From assembly GCA_963765205.1 (NCBI GenBank), contig CAVXVB010000005.1, forward strand, positions 288,001 through 352,000: DNA of 64,000 nt, read 5' to 3'. The notes below the pieces were generated by a model. The model was given only the letters and a program-made list of their open reading frames with translations, was not told the origin of the DNA and made no database searches. This DNA is from an uncultured Verrucomicrobiae bacterium. Lineage in GTDB: Bacteria; Verrucomicrobiota; Verrucomicrobiia; Opitutales; JABDGR01. This document shows, piece after piece, positions 42,917-52,822 of the stretch. The stretch's first letter is position 1. Every line of letters starts with the position of its first letter. A program made the position numbers and the translations under genes.

Positions 42917-44097
42917 ATGAAGCCACCCCTCTTTCATTGTGGTTTGATTTTGCTGGGCGCGGCATGGCCCGCGCTGGCGCCGGCGGCGGACCTGCTGGTT
43001 TACTTTGGCACGCGCGACCTGGGGCCCGACCGCGGGTTTTCCCTCGCACACTTCGACACCGACACCGGCGCGTTGAGCAAACCGACGCTGGTCCAGGCCG
43101 CCGTCGGCCCGGCGTTCTTTGTGGTGGCGCCCGACGGCCAGCACCTCTACACGGTGAACACGCAGGGCCGACGGTGCCGGCGGAGGGGCGGGTGAGCGCC
43201 TACGCGCTGGACGCAAAAACCGGGCAGCTCACCCTGCTCAACAGCCAGCCGTGCGGGGGGCCGAATCCCGCCTACGTCAGCCTTGACCACACGGGGCGGT
43301 TTCTGTTTGTCGCCAATTACAACGGGGGCAGCGTGGCGGTGTTTCCCGTGCTGGCCGACGGCACGCTGGGCGCGCGCACGGCGTTCGACCAGCACACGGG
43401 CAAGAGCGTGACGCCGGATCGCGTGCCACAGGCCTATTCCCATTCCATCATAATTGACCCCTCGAATCATTTTGTGCTGAACGCCGACCTCGGCCTCGAC
43501 CGGGTTTACATCTACAAATTCGACGACAAAACCGGCGCGCTGACCGCGAACGATCCGGCCTGGTTCACGGACCATCCCGGTTCCGGCCCGCGCCATGTGA
43601 TTTTTTCGCCGGACGGGAAATTCGTCTATGTTTCCCACGAAATCGCAAACGTGGTCGGGGTGTATGCGTGGGATGGCGGGAAGGGCACGCTGACTGAAGT
43701 GCAGTCCGTTTCGACGCTGCCGGCGGATTTCAAGGGGACGAACACGGCGGCGGAGATTCAATTGCTCCCGAATGGCATGTTTCTCTACGTCTCGAACCGC
43801 GGGCAGGACAGCATTGCGGAATTCGCGGTGGACGCCACGAGCGGCCGGCTCACGCTGCTGGGCACGACGCCGACGCAGGGTAAGACGCCGCGCAATTTCA
43901 CGCTCGACCCCAGCGGCCACTGGCTGCTGGCCTCGAACCAGGAATCCAATTCGGCCATCGTTTACCGGGTGGACCAGGCCACGGGCCAGCTCACGCCGAC
44001 CGGCCCGCTGGCGACCTTTGCCGCCGCGCCCTTTTGCGAGCGATTTGTGCCCGCCGCCAAGGCAACCGGGGCCAACATGACGCCGACGGGTAAATGA
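42917..44097 (+). CDS. Lactonase-family beta-propeller (6-phosphogluconolactonase-like), frameshift near 43165
   Basis: Signal peptide and YFGT in one frame; VANYNGGS, DLGLD, GSGPRH, SNRG.DS and PRNF in the other; the frames join if CAGGGCCG lacks one G. Confidence 0.85.
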
Positions 44098-44335
44098 GGA
44101 TGAAGGGGCGTCGTTTTGCCAGTACGAGGTGAGCAACACCGACGATTTGGTTCTCAACGATCAGCCGGCTTCGACCGGAGGAACCCCATAAGACCCTAAA
44201 ACCGTCCGAAAAATCGGGGTGCAAAAGACTGGGTTATCGGTTATACTAACACCCATCGCGGGAATATATCCCTACCCCATGATTTTCGACGCCTGACTCG
44301 GGCGCGGGAGGTTGGGTGTTTTTCAAGTGAATTCC

Positions 44336-47300
44336 ATGATTCCACATTGGCAGCGCCATTTTTGGCTTCGACCGAACCGACTGGGGCTGGTGCTGGGCGG
44401 ATGCCTGGCCTATCTGTTGGGCAGCGGGGCGGCGTGGGCGAATACGGCGGGGGGTGGCGCGACGGGCGCGAATGTGGTCTATGGCAACCCGGGCGGCAAT
44501 GTCACTGGCGGCACGGTGACGCTTTCGAACGGCATCATGAACGCGACCATCAACGTGGCGGGCGCGACGATTTCGTCGCTGACTTACAATGGATTTCAGA
44601 CCGTGCAGAGTTCGGGTGACCAGGTTTATTTCAGCATGGACGGCGGGAACACGTATGAGGAGCCGCATAACTGCGTGCTGTCGGTGGTGACGAACACGAG
44701 CGACATGGTGGATTTGGCCTTCACGCAAACTTACGTGAGCGGCAACACGGCCTATATTCACCCCGAGGACATCCAAATCCACTACGTGCTGCGGCGGGGC
44801 AACACGGGGCTATATGTCTATGCCATCCTGAGTCATCCCGCCAGCTATCCGAAGTTGAACATGGGCGAGTGGCGCATGGTCTGGTGGCACCCGCACACGA
44901 ACAATGTCACGTTCGATTTCGAAAAGGAATACATGGACAACTTCCGCCACCACGACATGCCGACGTATGAGGAGTATTTGAATCCCGTCATCACCGTGCC
45001 GGCTTCGGGCAACACGGCGGCGCAGTCCACCCGCATTGCGGAAATCGAGCTGATTCCGCCCGCGGGCACCTTCCCTCCGAACGCCACGAGCACGCGCGCG
45101 GGGTTGTTCAATTGCAAGTATGAGTTCAACATGGAATACAACACATTCGGCGCGTGGGGCCACGCCAGTGATGTGAACAAAAAGGGCGTCTGGTTAATCC
45201 CGGGAAGTTTCGAGTTTTTCAACGACGGCCCGACGCACCAGGACCTGAGCATCGCCGAGAGCTACTCGTTGATGCACTTCGGACGCGACCATTACGACGG
45301 GTCGAGCACGGCGGTCGCGGCGGGCACGGCGTGGAGCAAAATTTTCGGCCCCTACCTGATGTATTGCAACAGCGGCGCGACCGCCGACGCGTGCTGGGCG
45401 GATGCGCAGGCGCAGGCCCAAGCCGAGCAGGCCGCGTGGCCGTATGCGTGGCTGACGAACAATTCGCTGTATCCCCTGGCCAGCGCGCGCGGTTCGGTGA
45501 CGGGCCAGTTTGTCGTCACTGATCCGCTCAAACCGGCGGTCAGCAGCGCGAACGCGTGGGTCGGTTTGGCCACGCCGGACACGAGCAGCACCTACACCGC
45601 TCTCTACGGCAATTACGACTGGCAGTTTGACAGTAATAATTACGAATACTGGGTCAAGGCGGACGCGAATGGCAACTTCACGATCCCGAACGTGCGCCCG
45701 GGCGTTTACACGCTCTATGCCGTCACCTACGGCGCGGTCGGGCAGTATTCCCAGGCCAACGTGACCGTCAATGCCGGGCAGACGACCGCGCTGGGTTTGG
45801 CGCAGTGGCAGGTGACCCATCCCGGCAACTGGATTGCGTGGGAAATCGGCGTGCCCGACCGCAACGCGACGGAGTTCAACAATGGCTCGACGGATTATTA
45901 TGTTCCCTTTGCGTGGACGAATTTCTCGAACGAATTCACCAACCCGCTTAATTATAATGTTGGTTCGAGCAATTGGGCGACGGACTGGAACTACGCGCAG
46001 GACTTTTGGCAGATTGGCGGCAATGATTCCACGGTCGGCACGCTGAGCCTCTGGCCGTGGAATATTAATTTTAATCTGGCGGCCGCCCCTGCGTCGGGCA
46101 ACGCGACGCTGACCATCGCGTTGGCGGGATCGTATTACGGGCATCTGCGCGTGTATATCAACAACCCTAGCATGTCCGGCAACCAGGTTCTGGACGACGA
46201 TACCCTACCGGCGGGTGGTACGAGTGGCGACGCCCTGCTGCGCGAGGGTGTCCACGCGAAATACGGGGTCGTCACAGTCTCCTTTGCGGCGTCCATGCTT
46301 CATGCCGGCAACAACACGGCCACGCTGCTGCAAATCAACAACCCGCTCGCGGAGGCAAACCATATCATGTATGATTATATTGATTTGGAAATGCCGGGCA
46401 GCGCGCCGACCAGCCAGCCGCCGGTGGGCCGCAGCTTCACTTGGGTGGGCGGCAACGGCAGCAATTCGTGGGACACGGGCACGTATATCAACTGGACAGG
46501 CACGGGCGGCAACGCGACCTTCAACGCCGGCGATGTCGTCACCTTTGACGACACAGGCAACGCCACCACGCCCATCTTCCTCCACGGCGCGCTGGCGCCC
46601 AACGGCGTCACCATCAACGCCAACCAGAATAACTACACCTTTATCGGGAACGGGAGCATCACTGGGACGACCGGCCTGACGATGACCGGAACCGGCACGC
46701 TGACCCTAGCCAACACCGCGCCGAATACTTATACGGGCGATACCACCATCAGCGCAGGCACGCTGCAACTGAACGGCACTTTGAGCAACGCGGCGAACGT
46801 GATCGTGCAAAACGGCGCGACGCTGAGCCTGGCCGGCAACCTCACGACGGGGACGCTGATCATCAATGTCGGCGGCACGCTCACCGGCAGCCCAGGTGCA
46901 AATCTCACCGCTGCGCTGGTGAACAATGGTACGCTCAGCCTTTCCGATGGCGGCATTTTTCCCCTGAATGGCAATGTGACGAACAACGGCTTGGTACAGG
47001 TGACGGGCGGCACGCAACTCACGGTCGGCGGCACGTTTGTCAACAACGGGGTGCTGGACCTTATTACTGGCACGCAAGCCCTCCCCGCGAATTTCGTGAA
47101 CAACGGCGTGGTGCTCGACGCCAGCGTGGTGAAAGTAACGAATGTATCGGTCACGGACGGCACGGTCACGCTGGTCGTGCCTTCTTACGTCGGACACAAT
47201 TATCAGTTGCAGTGGAGCGCCTCGATGGAACCGGTGGATTGGCAGAATCTGGGCGCGGCCCAGCCGGGCACTAATGGCAACCTCACCTTCACCGACTCGA

Positions 47301-47350
47301 GCGGGCTGACCAGCGGCACCGGTTTTTACCGTGTGTTCGTCGCGCCGTGA
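44336..47350 (+). CDS. Rhamnogalacturonan lyase (PL4-like) with passenger-associated beta-strand repeat and C-terminal domain
   Basis: HYVLRRG..GLY.Y, EF.NDGPT.QDL, HY.G, WSKIFGP, NVRPG.YTL, WEIG.PDR.A.EF, IMYDYI motifs; GTGTLTL.N..TYTG.T.I.AGTL repeat. Confidence 0.85.
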   Translation: MIPHWQRHFWLRPNRLGLVLGGCLAYLLGSGAAWANTAGGGATGANVVYGNPGGNVTGGTVTLSNGIMNATINVAGATISSLTYNGFQTVQSSGDQVYFSMDGGNTYEEPHNCVLSVVTNTSDMVDLAFTQTYVSGNTAYIHPEDIQIHYVLRRGNTGLYVYAILSHPASYPKLNMGEWRMVWWHPHTNNVTFDFEKEYMDNFRHHDMPTYEEYLNPVITVPASGNTAAQSTRIAEIELIPPAGTFPPNATSTRAGLFNCKYEFNMEYNTFGAWGHASDVNKKGVWLIPGSFEFFNDGPTHQDLSIAESYSLMHFGRDHYDGSSTAVAAGTAWSKIFGPYLMYCNSGATADACWADAQAQAQAEQAAWPYAWLTNNSLYPLASARGSVTGQFVVTDPLKPAVSSANAWVGLATPDTSSTYTALYGNYDWQFDSNNYEYWVKADANGNFTIPNVRPGVYTLYAVTYGAVGQYSQANVTVNAGQTTALGLAQWQVTHPGNWIAWEIGVPDRNATEFNNGSTDYYVPFAWTNFSNEFTNPLNYNVGSSNWATDWNYAQDFWQIGGNDSTVGTLSLWPWNINFNLAAAPASGNATLTIALAGSYYGHLRVYINNPSMSGNQVLDDDTLPAGGTSGDALLREGVHAKYGVVTVSFAASMLHAGNNTATLLQINNPLAEANHIMYDYIDLEMPGSAPTSQPPVGRSFTWVGGNGSNSWDTGTYINWTGTGGNATFNAGDVVTFDDTGNATTPIFLHGALAPNGVTINANQNNYTFIGNGSITGTTGLTMTGTGTLTLANTAPNTYTGDTTISAGTLQLNGTLSNAANVIVQNGATLSLAGNLTTGTLIINVGGTLTGSPGANLTAALVNNGTLSLSDGGIFPLNGNVTNNGLVQVTGGTQLTVGGTFVNNGVLDLITGTQALPANFVNNGVVLDASVVKVTNVSVTDGTVTLVVPSYVGHNYQLQWSASMEPVDWQNLGAAQPGTNGNLTFTDSSGLTSGTGFYRVFVAP

Positions 47351-47483
47351 GAACGGGCGAGGAACGGTCGTGAAATTCCTTTTCACCGCAAAGGCGCGAA
47401 GCGAAAAAGAATTTAACCACGGAGAACACGGAGGACACGGAGGGGTTGCCACAGCGCAGGCATCCACCTAAACCGAAGAGGTG

Positions 47484-48827
47484 CTAGGGCCCGGCGCTGG
47501 CCGCGGGTTTGGCGTCCGCAGGCTGGCCGCCGGCGGCTTTATACGCCGCCCATTCGGCGGTGATGCGCTTGGTTTCCTCGGGCGTGGCTTTGGCGATTTC
47601 GACTTGGTACACGTGCAGCGCGCCTTCCATGTTGGAGCGGAACGTCAGCCACTTGTCGTCGGGCGTGAAGGTGGCGTTGGGTTCGACGCGGCTGGGTTCG
47701 CCGTTGCCGTAGTTATGCTTCGACATATCCACCAGTTTCTCCGTCGTTAATTTGCCCACTTTCACCTTTTCGCCGTTCACGTCCATGGTGGTGTATTCGC
47801 CGGTGGGGGTGAAGAGATACATCCACTGGCCGTTTTGCGGCGGGTCAAAATGGGCGTTGGTGACGGGGTCGCGGTTGGCCACGCTGTTCGGGCCGCCGCC
47901 GTCGCCCAAAAACATCTTGCCGTCCCAAGAGACGTAGTAATGCACGGACCACTCGGAGCGCAGGATCGGGTAGCGGATGTGCTCGCCGGTCTTGACATTG
48001 GCGCCGCCGATCCAGAACACGCCGGACTCGGGCGTCTGCAAATCGTAGTAAACCCACTGGCCGTCGCGGCTGAAGAATTCGTGCCCGGCGATTTCGTTGG
48101 GCATGGTGCGCTGGTGCATGAGCTTGAGGCCGGTGCCGTCGGCGTGCATCGTCCAGATGCGCTGCTCCTGCGCCCAGTTGCCCTCGTGGGCGAAGAGCAT
48201 GAGGTTGGGATCCGTCGGCGAGCATTCGAAATGGTTCAGGTTGTCGTGGCTGAGGCCGTCGTCGCTGGGGAAGAAGGATTTGGTTTCGCCGGTTTTTAGG
48301 TCCACGGTGTAGATTTGCTTGCCGCCGCTGACATTGCGAATGCCCATGATGGTTTTGTCATCGGCGGAAATGCCGCCGAGGGTCGCGCCCGCGGGCAGGA
48401 CGGCGGCCTGCTTCCATTCGTGTGTTTCCATGTTCATGGCGATGACCACGTTTTGCCCGTTCTGGTTCTGGTTGTAATACACGACGGGTTCCTTGCGGCT
48501 GACTTCGATGCCGTTGCTGGTGCTCATGGACAGGGCGCGGAAGCCCGGCACGAGCAGGTCAATCGCGTGGGTTTGCAAATCCACGGTGGACATGCCTTCG
48601 GGCGTGAAGATGAGCAGTTTTTTCCCGTCCGGCGTGTAGCCGTTTTGGTGGAAATACATGCTGGCGGTGGGGGCCTCTTTGGAGAGGCGCACGATGACGT
48701 GGCCGGTGGCCGGGTCAATCCACTCGGCGGGCGCGACCGGGGCAGTCGGCGCATCGGCGGCGCGCGCGGTGAAACCGGCGATTAAAAAACTGGCGGCGGC
48801 AAGAATTTTTATGGAGGGGGTAGGCAT
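47484..48827 (-). CDS. ogl: Oligogalacturonate lyase family protein (PL22-like)
   Basis: WIDPATGH.IVRLS, YFHQN.YTPDG, LNH..CSPTDP, HEGNW, RIW, GHEFF and WSVH motifs. Confidence 0.8.
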   Translation of the reverse strand: MPTPSIKILAAASFLIAGFTARAADAPTAPVAPAEWIDPATGHVIVRLSKEAPTASMYFHQNGYTPDGKKLLIFTPEGMSTVDLQTHAIDLLVPGFRALSMSTSNGIEVSRKEPVVYYNQNQNGQNVVIAMNMETHEWKQAAVLPAGATLGGISADDKTIMGIRNVSGGKQIYTVDLKTGETKSFFPSDDGLSHDNLNHFECSPTDPNLMLFAHEGNWAQEQRIWTMHADGTGLKLMHQRTMPNEIAGHEFFSRDGQWVYYDLQTPESGVFWIGGANVKTGEHIRYPILRSEWSVHYYVSWDGKMFLGDGGGPNSVANRDPVTNAHFDPPQNGQWMYLFTPTGEYTTMDVNGEKVKVGKLTTEKLVDMSKHNYGNGEPSRVEPNATFTPDDKWLTFRSNMEGALHVYQVEIAKATPEETKRITAEWAAYKAAGGQPADAKPAASAGP

Positions 48828-48976
48828 CAGGGTTGGGGGGAAAGCGCCAAGGTAAGCCAGGTTTTTCATTTTGTCCAGCGCGGGAAGAGGCCTCCGCGTC
48901 GGGGTGGGCGGAAAGGGGAAAGCCAGCGGCTTGATTGATTTTATACGCAAAACAATTTGACAACGCGTAAATTTTA

Positions 48977-49237
48977 ATGCAAGTTACCCGAGTGGACAAG
49001 GCCGAGAAAACCAAGGCCCGGGTCCTCTCCGGCCAGTCCGACCACAACCTTCGCTTCGCCGATGTGGTGGGCCTGTTGCTCGCGCTGGGCTTCAGCCTGC
49101 GGGTGAAAGGCAGCCATCATGTCTTCACCAAACCCGGCTGTGCCTGTTTCTTCAATCTCCAACCCGGCCACGACGGCAAGGCCAAGCCTTATGAGGTGCG
49201 CCAAGTCCGCCAAGCCCTGAAAAAATTCTCCCTATGA
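48977..49237 (+). CDS. hicA: HicA-family toxin
   Basis: F.DV..LL.ALGF..RVKGSHHVF...NLQP..DGKAKPYEVRQV. Confidence 0.85.
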   Translation: MQVTRVDKAEKTKARVLSGQSDHNLRFADVVGLLLALGFSLRVKGSHHVFTKPGCACFFNLQPGHDGKAKPYEVRQVRQALKKFSL

Positions 49238-49614
49238 AATACCGCATTGAAATCGTTTATGACGCCGTGGCCGGCTATTATGTCGCCAATTTACCCGAGG
49301 TCGAATACTGCGCCGCCGATGGCCAGACTCCCGAGGCCGCCGTCGCGGCGGTCACCGAAAAACTGGCTGTGCTGGAGGAAGTTCTGCGTGAGCAGGGGCG
49401 CACGCTGCCAGTTCCCGCCGCCGAGCGGCCGGTGACGGCGGACATCTTGCGCCGGGCCAGCTCGCTCGTAAATCTTTCCGCACTGGCGCGGCAATCCGGC
49501 CTGTCGCCGCAGACCCTGGCCACGAAAGTCAAACGCGGCACGGAGTTCGCGCCGCGGGAATCGGTGCGGCTCGCCCGCTCCCTGCGCCGCCGCGGCTTGC
49601 TCCTAGCGCAGTGA
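49234..49614 (+). CDS. hicB: HicB-family antitoxin with C-terminal HTH
   Basis: Y.I.I..D....YVA.LPE...C.ADG.TPE.A...G..LP.P; directly downstream of hicA (ATGA overlap). Confidence 0.85.
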   Translation: MKYRIEIVYDAVAGYYVANLPEVEYCAADGQTPEAAVAAVTEKLAVLEEVLREQGRTLPVPAAERPVTADILRRASSLVNLSALARQSGLSPQTLATKVKRGTEFAPRESVRLARSLRRRGLLLAQ

Positions 49615-49624
49615 GGGCTTCTGG

Positions 49625-50572
49625 TTAAAGAGCAGGCGAAGATTTGCGCAAATGCAGAAATAAGTTTACGCCTTCCGCCTCTTGTCCGACCCGAATGTTG
49701 GTGGCAGGCACTCCGGCTTGTGCTGCCAACGATGCCAGTTTATCGGTGTCGCGATGGTGAAGAAACCATCCACCCAGCAATTCCATATAGCTGCGCGTGG
49801 GATTCTTAGGCGAAAAGTTTCCAATGACCATCTCGCCTTCGGGAGACAGTTTGCTCCGCAAGCGGCGCAATAAAACAACAAAAAGCCGGTCGTCCAGATA
49901 ATCAAACAAGCCGCCCGACCAAATCAATTGATAGGCATGTTTAGCCTGAAACTTGAAGGCGTTTTTGGAGTGGAACTGGATTTTTTCACGATGGATGGAA
50001 CACAGTTCCGATGCGTAAGCAATAGCCTTGGGGTCTGCGTCAACACAGTCGCAGCGAATCCGGCTGTCGGTGTTACGGCTGAAATGCTCGAAGATGTCCC
50101 GGCTGGGTCCGCTTCCGATATTAAGCAGCCGAAGATTATTTGCAGGCATATTCGCTTCGTGTCTTTCCAGCCACTCCAGAAAATAGGTCTTGCGGTTGCG
50201 CACGGCTTTGACGGCGGGTTGTGCATGGAAAAACCTGTCCCAGTTGGATAGATTGGCCTCGGGGGACAGCCATTCTTGATAAATGCGGTCAATTATCTCA
50301 AAATCGCCTGCGTAACCATGCGGTTTTTGCAGGGCGAAGCCTTGCATCGTTTGTAATGAAGTGGTGGCGGGCCCAGCGCCGTTCCACAGGCTTTGCAAAT
50401 CATCCAGGCTGATTTGACGACCCTCCAACTCGTCTCGCAATTGTTGGAACCACGAATCAAGCAGGGAAAACTCATCCGAATGAGGGCCGCCTTTTTGGAC
50501 TAAATGATGAAGAAATGCCCTATGCTTCGCCATCAAGATGGCAGGATGCGCAGAGTTTGAAACATTCACCAC
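49625..50572 (-). CDS. Class I SAM-dependent methyltransferase (PhcB-like)
   Basis: KPHGYAGDFEIID, AVRNRK, LNIGSGP, GLFDYL and IGNF motifs. Confidence 0.8.
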   Translation of the reverse strand: MVNVSNSAHPAILMAKHRAFLHHLVQKGGPHSDEFSLLDSWFQQLRDELEGRQISLDDLQSLWNGAGPATTSLQTMQGFALQKPHGYAGDFEIIDRIYQEWLSPEANLSNWDRFFHAQPAVKAVRNRKTYFLEWLERHEANMPANNLRLLNIGSGPSRDIFEHFSRNTDSRIRCDCVDADPKAIAYASELCSIHREKIQFHSKNAFKFQAKHAYQLIWSGGLFDYLDDRLFVVLLRRLRSKLSPEGEMVIGNFSPKNPTRSYMELLGGWFLHHRDTDKLASLAAQAGVPATNIRVGQEAEGVNLFLHLRKSSPAL

Positions 50573-50579
50573 TTTGTAT

Positions 50580-50595
50580 TGCTACTATGGTAGCA
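50580..50595. promoter_or_regulatory. Palindromic operator candidate between the divergent MTase and XRE genes
   Basis: TGCTACTATGGTAGCA. Confidence 0.5.
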
Positions 50596-50632
50596 TAACT
50601 ACGCAAGCCCATTTTAGCGTAAGAACAGCGAT

Positions 50633-50884
50633 GTGGCCCAAAACCATAAACGCCAAGCCATGTGTTCGCATGTCGCCCGACGATTGTGCGAAGAGCGGGA
50701 GCGTCAGCAATTGTCGCGCAACCGGCTCTCGGAAATGGCTGGCTTGTCCCGCCAGATGATCACGTTTGTGGAACGGGAGGAGCGGAACCCGTCATTGGAA
50801 ACATTGTTTCGGATTACGGAAGCGCTGGGTATTCCTTTAAGCAAAATTGTGAAAGAGGCGGAGGAGCACGCCAAGGTGAAGTGA
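50633..50884 (+). CDS. XRE-family HTH regulator
   Basis: LSRNRLSEMAGLSRQMITFVEREERNPSLETL.RI..ALG. Confidence 0.88.
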   Translation: MAQNHKRQAMCSHVARRLCEERERQQLSRNRLSEMAGLSRQMITFVEREERNPSLETLFRITEALGIPLSKIVKEAEEHAKVK

Positions 50885-51008
50885 ACAAAGGAACTATTAT
50901 CCCAGAAGCAGCCCCCCGCCCACAAACAGCCTGCCTCGGCCGGGCGCAGCGCGTGTTTCAGATTGCCCGGCAGCGTGAAAGCCCGCAAGGTGGCGGGGCA
51001 AACCGGCC

Positions 51009-51530
51009 ATGAAAAAGACATCATTCGAGGCGATTGCGCGAGCGCTCAACGAGGCGCGCGTTCCGTTTCTGGTGGTCGGAGGCATTGCCGTAATCCACCA
51101 TGGCTACGGGCGGGCGACCAAGGACGTGGACTTGGTAGTGCGGCTGGAAAGAGAAACGATTTTGCGCGCGTTTCAGGCGCTCGCAAGCATCGGTTACCGG
51201 CCCGCCGTGCCGATTACGGCGGAGCAATTCGCCGATCCCGCGCAACGGGAGGAATGGCGGCGCGACAAAGGCATGAAAGTCCTCAAATTCTGGAGCGACG
51301 CCCACCGCGAAACGCCGCTCGATGTCTTTGTCAGCGAACCTTTTGATTTTGCCAAGGAATTCGACGCCGCAGCGGTTCGCGAATCCGCACCCGGGGTGCC
51401 TGCGCGTATTATTTCCCTCGCCAGGTTGCTGGCCATGAAACGAGAAGCGGGCCGGCCCCAGGATTTAGCCGATATTGACGAACTCAATCTTTTGCACGAT
51501 AATCCCTCCAGTTATGACCGCCAAAACTGA
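51009..51530 (+). CDS. Pol-beta-superfamily nucleotidyltransferase (putative TA component)
   Basis: VGG.AV..HG..RATKDVD and L..MK..AGRPQD.AD motifs. Confidence 0.8.
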   Translation: MKKTSFEAIARALNEARVPFLVVGGIAVIHHGYGRATKDVDLVVRLERETILRAFQALASIGYRPAVPITAEQFADPAQREEWRRDKGMKVLKFWSDAHRETPLDVFVSEPFDFAKEFDAAAVRESAPGVPARIISLARLLAMKREAGRPQDLADIDELNLLHDNPSSYDRQN

Positions 51531-51741
51531 ACCGGTGATTGATTGGAGCCTCACCACTTGGAAGGGCAGCCGTCGGCAACAGCATCGCGAATTCCTCGCC
51601 TTGCCGTTTGCGCGCAAATTGGAATGTGTCGAGGAAATGGCGGATCTGGCGCGGGAGTTCGCCAAGCCTCAGCCGGGCGCAACCCCCCAGCGCGCGAGCA
51701 ACTCGTCCGCGCCGGGCACGTCGCGCATCAACCAGTCGTAG
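51514..51741 (+). CDS. Small hypothetical partner of the nucleotidyltransferase
   Basis: Overlaps the NTase end; DWSLTTW.GSRR.Q...F..LP...KL..VEEM. Confidence 0.5.
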   Translation: MTAKTEPVIDWSLTTWKGSRRQQHREFLALPFARKLECVEEMADLAREFAKPQPGATPQRASNSSAPGTSRINQS

Positions 51742-52430
51742 AGGAGCCGGCGTTTTTCCTCTTCGGGCAGTGCCCAGGCGATGTTCCCGCGCGGGTCGCG
51801 CAGGCGCTTGGTCAGTTCATACAGGCAGAGGGCGGCGCAGACGGAGAGGTTGAAACTCTGCGCGAAGCCTTCCATGGGCAGCTTGACGGCGAGGTCGGCA
51901 GCGGAGTGGGCAACGTCGCTCAGGCCGGTCAATTCCGTGCCGATGAAGAGCGCGAGCGGGCGGTCCAGCGGGACTTCGGCCAAGTTCACCGGCGCGCCGC
52001 GCAGCGTCAACGCGGCGATGCGGTAGCCGCGCGCGCGCAAAGTTTTCGCGGCCTCGGTGGTCGCCGCGTGAGCGAAAGCGGCTTCGGCGGGGGCGCTTTT
52101 GGCGAGGCGGTGCCGGTGCAGCGTCAGCCAGCGTTCCGTGCCCATCGAGACATTCGAGCCGGGCGCGCGCAGGCGCAACGTGTTCAGGTTTTCGATGACA
52201 TGCACATCCTGCACGCCGAAGCCATCGCAGGAGCGCAGCACCGCGGCGGCATTGTGGGGCTGGTAAATGTCCTCGAGCGCGACGGTGAGCCAGCGGGTGC
52301 GCCGGGCCAGCACGGCCTCGAGGCGCTCGCGCCGGTGGGGCGTCAACTGCGCGGCCAGGCGGTCGAGCAAGTCGGCGGCGCGGGCGGGGTCGGCCAGCCA
52401 GGCGGGTGGGGTGGGGGAGAATGCGGGCAC
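51669..52430 (-). CDS. trmH: TrmH/SpoU RNA 2'-O-methyltransferase
   Basis: EDIYQPHNAAAVLRSCD, GTELTGLS and PMEGFAQSFNLSV motifs. Confidence 0.88.
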   Translation of the reverse strand: MPAFSPTPPAWLADPARAADLLDRLAAQLTPHRRERLEAVLARRTRWLTVALEDIYQPHNAAAVLRSCDGFGVQDVHVIENLNTLRLRAPGSNVSMGTERWLTLHRHRLAKSAPAEAAFAHAATTEAAKTLRARGYRIAALTLRGAPVNLAEVPLDRPLALFIGTELTGLSDVAHSAADLAVKLPMEGFAQSFNLSVCAALCLYELTKRLRDPRGNIAWALPEEEKRRLLYDWLMRDVPGADELLARWGVAPG

Positions 52431-52543
52431 GGGGAGGGGGCGCGGAATGCGGAAAGGCGGCCCGCCCCAAAAATCGCCGTTGACTTGGCGGGGGTAACCC
52501 GGTTTGCTGGACAGCTTTCCCGCAAAATACAGACCTACACCGT

Positions 52544-52744
52544 ATGCCCGTAGAAATCAAGATTCGCAAAGGCGAACCGATGGACAAGGCCTTGCGCCGG
52601 CTTAAAAAGAAGCTGGACCGCGAAGGCATCATCCGTGATGTGCGCGCCAAGCGCTACTTCGAGAAGCCCTGCGAAGTGCGCCGCCGCAAGGAGAAGGTCT
52701 CCGCCTTCACCAACATGCTCCGCCAGCGTTACGAGAACATGTAA
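52544..52744 (+). CDS. rpsU: 30S ribosomal protein S21
   Basis: GEPMDKALRRLKK..DREGII..VR..RYFEKP. Confidence 0.95.
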   Translation: MPVEIKIRKGEPMDKALRRLKKKLDREGIIRDVRAKRYFEKPCEVRRRKEKVSAFTNMLRQRYENM

Positions 52745-52758
52745 CGCGACGCGGCCTG

Positions 52759-52810
52759 GTAGGGACGCCTCTCCGAGGCGTCCACGGATGGCTCGGAGCG
52801 CCATCCCTGC
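52759..52810. repeat. GTAG-type REP palindrome
   Basis: GTAGGGACGCCTCTCCGAGGCGTCC...GGATGGCTCGGAGCGCCATCCCTGC. Confidence 0.6.
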
Positions 52811-52822
52811 CCAATCCAAGTC

